This document shows, in pieces, positions 45,102-53,943 of a stretch of DNA of 64,000 nt. The stretch covers positions 4,000,001-4,064,000 of the forward strand of contig OZ251459.1 of assembly GCA_965242525.1 (NCBI GenBank). The letters are read 5' to 3'. Below the pieces are notes generated by a model. The model was given only the letters and a program-made list of their open reading frames with translations. It searched no databases and was not told where the DNA came from. Position 1 is the first letter of the stretch; every line of letters begins with the position of its first letter. The translations under genes and the position numbers were made by a program. The stretch is from an uncultured Candidatus Binatia bacterium (GTDB lineage Bacteria > Desulfobacterota > Binatia > UBA9968 > JAJDTQ01).

Positions 45102-45956
45102 CTATCCCGCCTGCCGGTGCGCCATCCACGATCCGTCGGCCGCGGAGCGGAACAACTCGGCCAGCGCCGCGTTGACCGCCGCGGGCTCTTCCAGGGGCAG
45201 GGTATGCCCGGAGCGCGGCGCCACCGCGAGGGCCGCCCCGGGCGCGGTGCGCTTGAGGAAGACGCTGCCGTCCAGGCACGGGTCGTCCTCGTCGCCCACC
45301 ATCACCAGCAGCGGCGTCTCCAGGCGCGACAACGGCTCCTCCAGGTCCCACAGGGTCGGGCGCCGCCCCTGGACTTGGGACATGGTGAGGGCCAGCCCCG
45401 CGGCCGAGTGGTCGGCGAGGGCCTTCTCGAACTCGGCGAACCCGCGCGGGTCCTTGGCCTCGAAGGGTTTGCGCATGGGTTGGCGCGCGTACCGGGCCGC
45501 GGCCTCGGCCATGGGCTCCTCCCGGAACATGCGGGCCAGGTCCGCGCACAGGGCCTCCCGTTCGTCCCGCTGGTCGGGACGGGAGCCCCAGCCGCAGCCG
45601 ATGGCGGCCACCGACAGGCAGCGCTCGGGGTAGCGGATGGCCACGTGGAGCGCCGTATAGGCCCCCATGGAGTGCCCCACGATGTGGGCCCGCTCCAGCC
45701 CGAGGCCGTCGAGCACCGCCCGCACGTCCTCCCGGGCCGCGTCCTGGCCGTACGCTTCCGGCGTCTCGGGCACGTCCGACGGCAGGTAGCCGCGGGAGTC
45801 GAAGGCGATGCAGCGGTGGGAACGCGAGAAGAACCGCACCTGGGGCTCGAAGCTCCGGCGGTCGCCGGCGAACTCGTGGACGAACACGACGGGGACGCCC
45901 CGCCCCGATTCCTCGTAGTGGAGACGGACGCCGTCGGCTGCGGTGACGGTCGGCAA
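45102..45956 (-). CDS. alpha/beta hydrolase
   Basis: VRLHYEESG, FVHEFAGD, VGHSMG, GDEDDPC, GHTL; TTG start inferred. Confidence 0.88.
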   Translation of the reverse strand: MPTVTAADGVRLHYEESGRGVPVVFVHEFAGDRRSFEPQVRFFSRSHRCIAFDSRGYLPSDVPETPEAYGQDAAREDVRAVLDGLGLERAHIVGHSMGAYTALHVAIRYPERCLSVAAIGCGWGSRPDQRDEREALCADLARMFREEPMAEAAARYARQPMRKPFEAKDPRGFAEFEKALADHSAAGLALTMSQVQGRRPTLWDLEEPLSRLETPLLVMVGDEDDPCLDGSVFLKRTAPGAALAVAPRSGHTLPLEEPAAVNAALAELFRSAADGSWMAHRQAG

Positions 45957-45964
45957 CTGCGCCC

Positions 45965-47200
45965 TCAGGAAGCGGCTGCGGCGAGCGGCTCGTTGGTCAC
46001 GGGGTCCACGTCGTAGGGTCCCGGCAGACCGAGCTCGTCGGCGATCTCCCGGAGCCGGGGCATGACCTCCTCGCCCATGAGCTTCAGGGTCCGCATCTGG
46101 GCCTCGTGGGTCATGGCCCCGTCGCCCGTGCGGAAGATGATGATCCCCGGGCGCAGGGCTTCCAGGATGTAGCGCACCTTGGGGACCACGCTGTCGGGGG
46201 TGCCGACGATCATGCCGTGGGTCGCCACCTGGTCCTCGAAGGTGGCCCTGGCCCCTGCACGGGTGCGGCCCTCCGAGTCCGCGGCCACCATCTTGCGGCG
46301 AAGGGCCCGGGCGCTGCGGGTGGCGATGCCCGGGGGGCCCGCAATCCACGGCCGGGGCCTCTGGGCGCCGGGGTCGTAGGGGCTGCGGACCCCCATGGTC
46401 AGGGTCCGGCCCACCTCCATGGCCTTCTCTTCGGTCTCCTCCACGTGGAAGAAGAACATGAAGCCCAGGTGCTGGGGACCGGCTTCGTAGCCCTCTTCCC
46501 GCGCGGTGTCGTAATACACCTTGTACATCTGCCGGGTCAGGTCGATCTGGCTGGCCAGCATGATGTAGGGGTAGCGGCGCCGGGCCGCCCACTCCACCGT
46601 CTCCCGGCTGGAGGTTCCGGGCACCCAGATGGGCGGATGGGGTTTCTGGTACGGCACCGCCCAGGGGTTCACGTACCGGAAGTGGTAGTGCTTGCCCTCC
46701 CAGCGGAAGGGTCCCGGGGTGGTCCACGTCTTGATGAGGAAGTCGTGGGCCTCCTCGAAACGCTCCCGGTTGAAGTGCGGCGGGGCGTTGTGCGTCAGGC
46801 TCTCGCTGCCGCCGCCCCGGACCACGCCGGGGATCAGCCGGCCCCGGGAGACCACGTCGATCATCGCAAGCTGCTCGGCCAGCCAGAGGGGGTCGTCATG
46901 GATGGGAAGGATGTTGCCGAGGATCAGGATCTTGGCCCTGGTAGTGATGCGGGCGAGGATGGCGGCCTGGACGTTGGCCACCCCGTTCATGCAGAACGGG
47001 GCGCTGTGGTGCTCGTTGACCATGATCCCGTCGAAGCCCATCTCCTCGGCATAGACCTTCTCGTCCATGTAGCGGTGGTAGAGTCCGGCGGCGCGAAGGG
47101 GGTCGTATTCCCGGTTGCTCACCTCCATGACCCCCGACCCCCATTCCGCGGGCCAGTCCTCTTTCTGCCAGGGTGCTTCCGTAAAGTGGCCTATGAACAT
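45965..47200 (-). CDS. LLM class flavin-dependent oxidoreductase
   Basis: GFDGIMVNEHH, AEQLAMIDVVSRGRL, PYQKPHPPIW, VGTPDSV. Confidence 0.92.
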   Translation of the reverse strand: MFIGHFTEAPWQKEDWPAEWGSGVMEVSNREYDPLRAAGLYHRYMDEKVYAEEMGFDGIMVNEHHSAPFCMNGVANVQAAILARITTRAKILILGNILPIHDDPLWLAEQLAMIDVVSRGRLIPGVVRGGGSESLTHNAPPHFNRERFEEAHDFLIKTWTTPGPFRWEGKHYHFRYVNPWAVPYQKPHPPIWVPGTSSRETVEWAARRRYPYIMLASQIDLTRQMYKVYYDTAREEGYEAGPQHLGFMFFFHVEETEEKAMEVGRTLTMGVRSPYDPGAQRPRPWIAGPPGIATRSARALRRKMVAADSEGRTRAGARATFEDQVATHGMIVGTPDSVVPKVRYILEALRPGIIIFRTGDGAMTHEAQMRTLKLMGEEVMPRLREIADELGLPGPYDVDPVTNEPLAAAAS

Positions 47201-47292
47201 CGCGCCTCACCTCGCCGTCCCCTTCTCCGTGGAGGAAGGGGACTCGCAACGCCAGACTGCTGGCTGCCTGTCCGGGTCCCGCCCGGTCTCCG

Positions 47293-48090
47293 TCAACCTT
47301 CCAGGAACTCGACGACGGCCTCGGCGAACTCCTCCGGCTTTTCCATCTCGGGCATGTGCCCGCAGTCCTCGATCACCGCGGCCCGGGCGCCGGGTATGCC
47401 CTCCCGGTAGAGTTCGCAACTGCTCAGGGGGACGATGGCGTCCTGCCTGCCCCATACCAGCAGGGTCGGGGTCGCGATGGCCGGAAGGAGGCCGGGCAGC
47501 GTGATGCTGTGCATGTAGGGGCGCCAGACGTAGCGGATGGTCGCCTCCCGGTTGGTCTCCACCTGTTCGGCCTCCTCCGGGGTCCAGTCCCTGCCGAAGT
47601 GCTTCCGGTATTCGGGCGAGGCGAGGTCGTGGAACGACCGCTGGAACGCCTCCTTGGGGGAGTTCAGGAAGTAGTCCCAGATCTCTCCTTCCCGGGGCTT
47701 GACGCCGGCCGCTCCCACCAGGACCATCTTCGAGAAGATGTCGCTGTTGGCCGCGGCGAGCTCGGCCGCGGCCCAGCCTCCCAGGGAGAAGCCGACCACC
47801 CGGAGCGGGGTGGGCAGGCCGTAGTCCCGCACGAACCAGCTCACCCAGGCGGACAGGTCCCGGACCGACATCATCCATTCGGGCATGGACGAGGCGCCGA
47901 ACCCCGGCAGGGAGGGGACGTACACGGAGTAGCGTCGAGCCAGGAGCTCGTGGGCTTGCAGCCAGCCGGGCACCCCCAGCTCGCCGTGGAGGAGCAGCAA
48001 CGGCTCTCCGCCGCCCCCGCGCCGCATCTGCACGGACGCGCCGGCCAAGTCGAGGGTCTCTTCGATGAAAGCTGCGGACGTCGTGGTCAC
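47293..48090 (-). CDS. alpha/beta hydrolase
   Basis: LLLLHGE, PSLPGFG, VGFSLGG, WGRQDAIVP, CGHMP; GTG start after GGAGGAG. Confidence 0.9.
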   Translation of the reverse strand: MTTTSAAFIEETLDLAGASVQMRRGGGGEPLLLLHGELGVPGWLQAHELLARRYSVYVPSLPGFGASSMPEWMMSVRDLSAWVSWFVRDYGLPTPLRVVGFSLGGWAAAELAAANSDIFSKMVLVGAAGVKPREGEIWDYFLNSPKEAFQRSFHDLASPEYRKHFGRDWTPEEAEQVETNREATIRYVWRPYMHSITLPGLLPAIATPTLLVWGRQDAIVPLSSCELYREGIPGARAAVIEDCGHMPEMEKPEEFAEAVVEFLEG

Positions 48091-48350
48091 TGGCTCCTCC
48101 GGTGTCCTCCGGTGGTATGCGCGCGTCGCGGTGGGCTTTCCCGTGGCTGCATCCGGTCGTGGCCACTGGCTCCCCCGGTGCTGTGCGCCCGGTGCGCGCG
48201 TCGAGTCGCCTGCATCATAGACGGGCGCCGCGGGAACGTCAACGTCGCCTGCCGCCCCGGACCCGTACCGGACCCCGGCGGGGCGGGATGGGGTGGTGGC
48301 CGGGTTCGTCCCGTCGTCGCATGCCGCCCCGGATCCGGCAGGGCGTGACA

Positions 48351-48480
48351 GGGTACTCTGATCCATCGAGCCGTGCATGGATGTATCCCCTCACTCTGAC
48401 CTTCCTGTCCCCGTTCGTCCTGAGCGTAGCGAAGCGAAGTCGAAGGACGCATTCTCCTTCCGGGATCGAGCAGGGTTTCC
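48351..48480. repeat. degenerate MITE-B/REP2 copy
   Basis: ccccgttcgtcctgagcgtagcgaagcgaagtcgaaggacgc...cagggtttcc. Confidence 0.7.
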
Positions 48481-48485
48481 GAAAG

Positions 48486-50027
48486 TCACCCGCGCGGGTC
48501 CCGCGGCCCGGTGGATTCCATGAAGCAGCTCAGGACGAGGCCCGCGCCCGCGGCCGCGAACCCGGCCAGGAACGCCCACCAGAGGGCGTTGACGAGGGCG
48601 GCGGTCAACTCCGGCGCGAGGTCCGCGGGTATCAGCGCGCGGGTGGAGGGGTCCAGCAGGTTCTGCGGGTTCAGGAGCTTCCGGACCACCGGCTCCGGCA
48701 CGGATGCCTTCAGGTCCGCGGCCATGACCGTGAAGGCGGCGTTCATGCGTTGCAGCAGGATGCTGCCCATGAGGCTGATGACGAAGGCGCCGCCGATGGT
48801 CCGGAACAGCATCACCGTGGAAGTGGCGACTCCCAGGTGCCGGAACGGCGCCGCGCCCTGGGCGGCCACCAGCGCGGTGACGTTGACCATCCCCATGCCG
48901 GTCCCGGCCGCGCTCACCGCGGCGATCATGAGGGCCATGCCGCCGGCCTCCTCCAACAGCAGGAACGGCAGGTAGCCCGCCGCCATCAACGTCATGCCCG
49001 CGGCGCAGACCTTGCGGTAGCCCCAGGCCGGGGCCGCCCGGCCCGCGGTGAGGCTCCCCGCGGTCCAACCCACACTCAGGGGCAGCAAGGTCAGGCCGGC
49101 CAGCGCCGCGCTGCCGCCGAGGGCCCCCTGGACGTACAACGGCAGGAATCCGACGATGCCGAAGATGCCCATGGCCGCCAGCAGGCTGAGGACCGCGGGC
49201 CGGCTGTAGCGCTGCAGGCGGAACAGCGCCATGGGCAACAGCGGGTCCGCGGCCTTGCCCTCGATGAAGACGAAGAGCGCCAGCAGCAGGACCACCCCCA
49301 CCGCCACCGAGACGGATTCCGCGGTCACCAGGTCCAACTGGTTCGCCGCCGCCAGGAGCCCGTAGAACAGCAGCAACAGGGCGCTCAGCAGCGCCGCGGC
49401 CCCGCCCAGGTCCAGCGGCTGGCGCCGCGGCGCCGCGCGCTCCTCCCGGAACCCCAGGACGAAGAGTCCCGCGGCCAGTATCCCCAAGGGCAGGTTGATC
49501 CAGAAGATCCAGCGCCAACTCCAGTAGTCGGCCATGAGTCCGCCGCCCACCGGACCCAGCACGGAGGCGACGCCCCAGACGCTGGCGATGAGTCCCTGCA
49601 TCCGCGCCCGCTGGTCCGCGGGGAAGACCACCCCCACGATGATGAACGCGAGGGCATAGACCGCGCCGCCGCCCAGGCCCTGGACGGCGCGGAAGAAGAT
49701 GAGCTGCGGCATGCTGCGGGCGGCGCCGCAGGCCACCGAGCCGGCCACGAAGGCGCCGATGGCCAGCAACATGAGGAGACGCCGGCTGTACAGGTCCGAG
49801 AGCTTGCCGAAGACCGGCGTGGCCAGGGCCGACGTGAGCATGTAGGCCGAGAAGACCCAACCGTACAGCTCGATGCCGCCGAGGTTCGCCACCACTGTCG
49901 GCAGGGCGCTGCTGACGATGGTGGCGTCGATGGCGAAGAGGAAGACCGCCAGCATGACCCCCAGGACCGCCATGGGGACCCCGGCGGACTTCCTCGCGCT
50001 GCTCTCGATGCTTGACACGGTTCGCAT
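48486..50027 (-). CDS. MFS transporter, DHA2 (EmrB/QacA-like) family
   Basis: IDATIVSSALPTVV, GKLSDLYSRR, RAVQGLGGG, WRWIFWINLP. Confidence 0.93.
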   Translation of the reverse strand: MRTVSSIESSARKSAGVPMAVLGVMLAVFLFAIDATIVSSALPTVVANLGGIELYGWVFSAYMLTSALATPVFGKLSDLYSRRLLMLLAIGAFVAGSVACGAARSMPQLIFFRAVQGLGGGAVYALAFIIVGVVFPADQRARMQGLIASVWGVASVLGPVGGGLMADYWSWRWIFWINLPLGILAAGLFVLGFREERAAPRRQPLDLGGAAALLSALLLLFYGLLAAANQLDLVTAESVSVAVGVVLLLALFVFIEGKAADPLLPMALFRLQRYSRPAVLSLLAAMGIFGIVGFLPLYVQGALGGSAALAGLTLLPLSVGWTAGSLTAGRAAPAWGYRKVCAAGMTLMAAGYLPFLLLEEAGGMALMIAAVSAAGTGMGMVNVTALVAAQGAAPFRHLGVATSTVMLFRTIGGAFVISLMGSILLQRMNAAFTVMAADLKASVPEPVVRKLLNPQNLLDPSTRALIPADLAPELTAALVNALWWAFLAGFAAAGAGLVLSCFMESTGPRDPRG

Positions 50028-50047
50028 GGCGGTCCTATTTAAGGGGC

Positions 50048-50287
50048 ATGCCCATCCTGAAACGCGGCCGCGCGGATCTCTGCTGCGAGGTCACCGGCAA
50101 GGGCCGGCCGTTGGTGTTCCTCGGCGAGACCGCGTGCGCCGGCGAGGCGTGGAAGACCTGCCCGGCGCCGGAGTCCTCCCGTGACCATCGGTGCATCACC
50201 CTGGATTACCGCAGCGCCGGGCGCTCCGGCAAGCCGTCCGTCCCCTGCACGCTTCGACTCCCGTTTGCGACGGCTTCGGCCGGCTGA
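50048..50287 (+). pseudogene. truncated, degenerate alpha/beta hydrolase N-terminus
   Basis: DLCCEVTGKGRPLVFL...WK...RDHRCITLDYRSAGRS matches the hydrolase N-terminus pattern (LYYEV.G.G.PLV...DYRG.G.S); stops before the nucleophile motif, at the island edge. Confidence 0.7.
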
Positions 50288-50297
50288 CCAGGACGCC

Positions 50298-51524
50298 ATG
50301 AACGCGCTGCAGGTTTCCACCGTCATTGACACGGTGCTTCTCAAGGTCGCGAGTCGATGCAACCTCGACTGCAACTACTGCTACGTCTATCACATGGGTG
50401 ACGACGGTTGGCGCGCTCAGCCGAAGCGCATGCCCGCGGCGGTTCAACAGGCCGCGGTCCGGCAGCTTGGGGACCTTTACGTCCACCAGCGGCAGCCGTT
50501 CAGCGTCGTGCTGCACGGGGGAGAACCGCTGCTGTTGGGGGCCGATGGTTTGCGCGACTTCTGCAATCGTCTTCGCTCTGCGCTTCCGGCGCCCTGCGGG
50601 ATCCACGTCCAGACGAACGGCGTGCTCTTGACCGAGGAGATCATCGACGTCTTCGTCCGGTTCGACGTCGGGATCTCCGTCAGCATCGACGGCCCTCGGG
50701 ACCTCCATGACCGATTTCGTCTCGATCTCCGAGGAAGGGGGTCCCATGACCGGGTGCGGGAAGCCATCGGCCGGTTGACTGCCCGGAGCGACGCCCGTCC
50801 CTTGTTCGCCGGAGTCCTGGCGGTGATCGATCCCGGTTCCAACCCTGGATCCGTCTATGCCTCCCTCAAGGCCACCGGCGCCCCGAGCCTCGATTTCCTG
50901 ATCCGCGATGGAAACCATGCGCGTCTGCCGCCGGGGAAAACCAGCGTTGACTCGACCGAATACGGACGCTGGATGGTCGGCATGCTCGACGTCTATCTCA
51001 GGGACCCGGAACCGCCGCGTGTGCGCATCCTCGACGACATGCTCCGGGTCATCCTTGGCGGCCAGGCTCGGAAAGAAGGGGTCGGCGTCAATGACTACGG
51101 TATCCTGACCATCGAGACCGATGGTCGCATCAACAAGAACGACACGTTGAAAGTCGCCCACCCAGGCGCGGACCGGTTCGAACGGAACTCATGGTCGATC
51201 CTTTCGGATAGCCTGCTCGACGTCCTCCGCAGCCAGTCCTATGCAGACTATTACCGCCAGCAGCGCCCCACTGCCCTCGCTTGTCGCGCCTGTCCCGAGC
51301 GGAACGTCTGCGGGGGCGGGATGGTGGCGCACCGATGGAGCGACGATCGCGGTTTTGACAATCCGTCCGTCTTTTGCGCAGACCAGCTATTGCTGATAAG
51401 GCGTATGCGGGAATGGGTTGCGCGGCGCCAAACCACGAGAAAAGCGGAAGGAGACTCCCTTGGACAACAGGAAAGATTCCCCCGATACCTGGAAGCACCA
51501 GTCGGCGGAGAACTCCGAGTTTGA
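50298..51524 (+). CDS. yhhB: cyclophane-forming radical SAM/SPASM peptide maturase (YhhB-like)
   Basis: LKVASRCNLDCNYCY, LHGGEPLL, QTNG, SIDGP, SPASM CRACPERNVCGGG..HRWS...FDNPSVFC; directly upstream of a YxxxYxxHxx precursor. Confidence 0.85.
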   Translation: MNALQVSTVIDTVLLKVASRCNLDCNYCYVYHMGDDGWRAQPKRMPAAVQQAAVRQLGDLYVHQRQPFSVVLHGGEPLLLGADGLRDFCNRLRSALPAPCGIHVQTNGVLLTEEIIDVFVRFDVGISVSIDGPRDLHDRFRLDLRGRGSHDRVREAIGRLTARSDARPLFAGVLAVIDPGSNPGSVYASLKATGAPSLDFLIRDGNHARLPPGKTSVDSTEYGRWMVGMLDVYLRDPEPPRVRILDDMLRVILGGQARKEGVGVNDYGILTIETDGRINKNDTLKVAHPGADRFERNSWSILSDSLLDVLRSQSYADYYRQQRPTALACRACPERNVCGGGMVAHRWSDDRGFDNPSVFCADQLLLIRRMREWVARRQTTRKAEGDSLGQQERFPRYLEAPVGGELRV

Positions 51525-51645
51525 GCCAAAGTACGTCGATAGCGTTGCCTTGACCCGCCTCATCGAGGAGGTACGGAACCGGGGTGACGGCGAAATCGGC
51601 TCACCGACGGCCTATAATCGCACGTACCACCGTCACAACAGGTGA
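51460..51645 (+). CDS. yhhA: YhhA-type triceptide precursor peptide
   Basis: TTG after AAGGAG; leader motif DSVALTRLIEEVRN; C-terminal core AYNRTYHRHNR. Confidence 0.82.
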   Translation: MDNRKDSPDTWKHQSAENSEFEPKYVDSVALTRLIEEVRNRGDGEIGSPTAYNRTYHRHNR

Positions 51646-51660
51646 TCGTCCGGGGCTTCC

Positions 51661-52278
51661 ATGCAGCCGTCCTGCGAGACGTCGCCTTGGTGCGCCCTTG
51701 GCCCGGTAGATCTCCGTGTTTCCCCTTTCCGCTACTTCCTGGCGCCGCGTTGCCTTGCGCCCGGTATGGAGCGGGCGCTCCTCGAATGGTTCGAGACCGA
51801 CGCGCCCTGGCGGCTCGTGGAGACCGATTTCTACCAGCAGTACGAATTCGACATGCTCCACATGGCCCTACCGACAAGCGTAGCTCCATTGATCTCGCCG
51901 GGGAACCTCACGGCGCTTCGTCGGGAAATGGCGGATATTTTCGACGTAGCCTTCGACGACCGGATCATGCTGGTAGCGCACAAACTGACATCCGGCCAAC
52001 GGATCGCCATTCACAACGACCATCTCGTTGGTGAAGAGACACATCGCTTGACCGTTCAGCTCAACCGGGGCCTTGATGATGAAGACGGCGGGCTCATCAT
52101 GTTGTTCAACAGCTTCGATCCCGCAGACGTCCATCGGATCATCCGTCCGGTCACCGGGAGCGGCATCGGGTTCGAGATCGGCGAGAACTCCCATCACGCG
52201 GTTTCCCGCCTGCACTGCGGAGAACGTTACACGCTCGTCTATTCCTTCCATGCTCGGCGGAACTCAGGAGACGGTTAG
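51661..52278 (+). CDS. yhhC: 2OG-Fe(II) oxygenase (YhhC-like)
   Basis: W.LVETDFYQQYEF, HxD in IAIHND, distal SHHAVS, RYTLVYSF. Confidence 0.82.
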   Translation: MQPSCETSPWCALGPVDLRVSPFRYFLAPRCLAPGMERALLEWFETDAPWRLVETDFYQQYEFDMLHMALPTSVAPLISPGNLTALRREMADIFDVAFDDRIMLVAHKLTSGQRIAIHNDHLVGEETHRLTVQLNRGLDDEDGGLIMLFNSFDPADVHRIIRPVTGSGIGFEIGENSHHAVSRLHCGERYTLVYSFHARRNSGDG

Positions 52279-53104
52279 AAAGGCGATCGTTCGATTCGCG
52301 GAGCCGTGGCTCCCCGGTCTCGCCGGTCCGTTGACGGCGAGCGCGTGGCAGGGGCTTGCGCACCACGGATTCGTCCCGTCGAACTACGGGACACACCGGT
52401 GGCTGGAGAGAGGTCCTGCGGCTGAGCGTCTGATTCTCGCTACGATTGAAATGGCTGGCCCTCTCGAGTGCCGAATCGAAGCGTTACCGGAGTCAAGTCG
52501 CACGCGCTACGAAAGAATCGGTCTGAGGTTCCCCGAATCCATCTCCATCGAGACCCATGTCGCAGCCTTGCGACAAGCACTCTCTCTCATTGCCCTGGTT
52601 CCGAGCCTCTACGCCGCCATTGCGGCTTACCTGCAAACCTTGCACGTTCTGGGATCCCCTGGCAAGGATCTCGACGTCAGTCACAGCGATCCGGATGTGC
52701 CTTTCTCGATTTTCACCTCGGTTCCGTCCGCCTGTCCGAACGGAGCCCTGCGTCTCGCCGAGTCCATCATCCACGAATGCATGCACCTCCAACTCACCAT
52801 GATCGAGACACTGCTGCCGCTCGTGGGCACGGAGGGCAGGGGGGCTTTCTCTCCTTGGCAGCAACGACAGCGACCACTCCGCGGCATCCTGCACGGCCTG
52901 TATGTTTTTTCCGTGATCGATGCATGGTTCCAAGCTCTGGACCAAGGCGACTTTCTAGCGCTGGAGAGCAGAACCTTCGTTGTCAAGCGTCGAGGAGAGA
53001 TCGCGCACGAGGTCGCACAAGTGGCCGATCTCGTTACCGTCGAAGGGTTGACGGAGTGTGGGCGAAACCTGGCATGTGGTGCTCTCCGGCGTTGCAAGAT
53101 TTGA
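52250..53104 (+). CDS. HExxH-domain peptide-modifying protein (aKG-HExxH type)
   Basis: SHSDPDVPFSIF, LAESIIHECMHLQL, SPWQQRQRPLRGILHGLYVF. Confidence 0.82.
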   Translation: MLGGTQETVRKAIVRFAEPWLPGLAGPLTASAWQGLAHHGFVPSNYGTHRWLERGPAAERLILATIEMAGPLECRIEALPESSRTRYERIGLRFPESISIETHVAALRQALSLIALVPSLYAAIAAYLQTLHVLGSPGKDLDVSHSDPDVPFSIFTSVPSACPNGALRLAESIIHECMHLQLTMIETLLPLVGTEGRGAFSPWQQRQRPLRGILHGLYVFSVIDAWFQALDQGDFLALESRTFVVKRRGEIAHEVAQVADLVTVEGLTECGRNLACGALRRCKI

Positions 53105-53184
53105 TCTTATGGAAACCCTGATCAACTTTATAGGGAGAGCGCGAGGGAATACCTTCATGCATGGCTCGATTGATCAAAGTGCCC

Positions 53185-53943
53185 TTACGCGAGAAAGTCT
53201 GCTGCCATGGCACTGAATTGTGCCGTTGGTTCCACTGCCGCGGCAAGCAGGCTACGAGCTTCGTCCCGAGTTTTGACGGCCTTTGCATCCGAATAGCCAT
53301 CCAGGAGTTGAGATATTACCGTCAAGTACCTGATCCCGTTCAGACAGCTCCAGCGAGCATCTATCAAGGCTGGCCGATTGAGGCCGGCAAGATCGATCGT
53401 CGTTCGTCCGCGAGTCGTCGAGCTCTCAGCAATTTCATTTTGAAATTGTATGTGCCCACGAGGATCATCCGTTCCACCCGGGTCAAGGATGAGCGGTTTT
53501 TCGCACGAGAGATCATCAGTATGGGAGCGTGCGCGCAGTGCGGGGTCGGACAATGGAAAAAGCGAACCCTTGGTCGAGTTGCAAATGCTGCAGGAATAAT
53601 ACAGGTTCTTCCAGGAGTAAGCTAGCCAGTAATACCCTGGATATAGAGCTTTCGAGCCTTTGCGCTGTTTCACGGCCCCCTTGGGTCGGTAATGCTCGAC
53701 GTCCCCGGGGGCATATGCATCGAACTTGCCTTCACAAAAACAGCATTTCCCGTGCTGGTCCGTCTTCAGTGCTTTCTTGATGGCTTTATGACCGTAGATT
53801 TTCGGCTCAAAGCAGAATTGCTTCGTTCCATTTCGAAACTCATGGCTATGCGCTTCGTAAGCTTGGCAATCTCGTTTGGTGCGATCAGTGCTCGCTTTCG
53901 CAAGTTTCGCAGGGGTGGACGACCGTTTATGGATTCGGATCAT
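53185..53943 (-). CDS. HNH endonuclease (Septu PtuB-like)
   Basis: KCCFCE, DVEHYRPKG, LAYSWKNLYYSCSICNSTKG, RGRTTIDLAGLNR. Confidence 0.85.
   Translation of the reverse strand: MIRIHKRSSTPAKLAKASTDRTKRDCQAYEAHSHEFRNGTKQFCFEPKIYGHKAIKKALKTDQHGKCCFCEGKFDAYAPGDVEHYRPKGAVKQRKGSKALYPGYYWLAYSWKNLYYSCSICNSTKGSLFPLSDPALRARSHTDDLSCEKPLILDPGGTDDPRGHIQFQNEIAESSTTRGRTTIDLAGLNRPALIDARWSCLNGIRYLTVISQLLDGYSDAKAVKTRDEARSLLAAAVEPTAQFSAMAADFLA

Noticed and set aside
48486-50027. MFS transporter as exporter of the triceptide
   Set aside because: It has host-like codon usage, is divergently oriented and lies outside the island beyond a pseudogene; a link cannot be supported, though it is not excluded.
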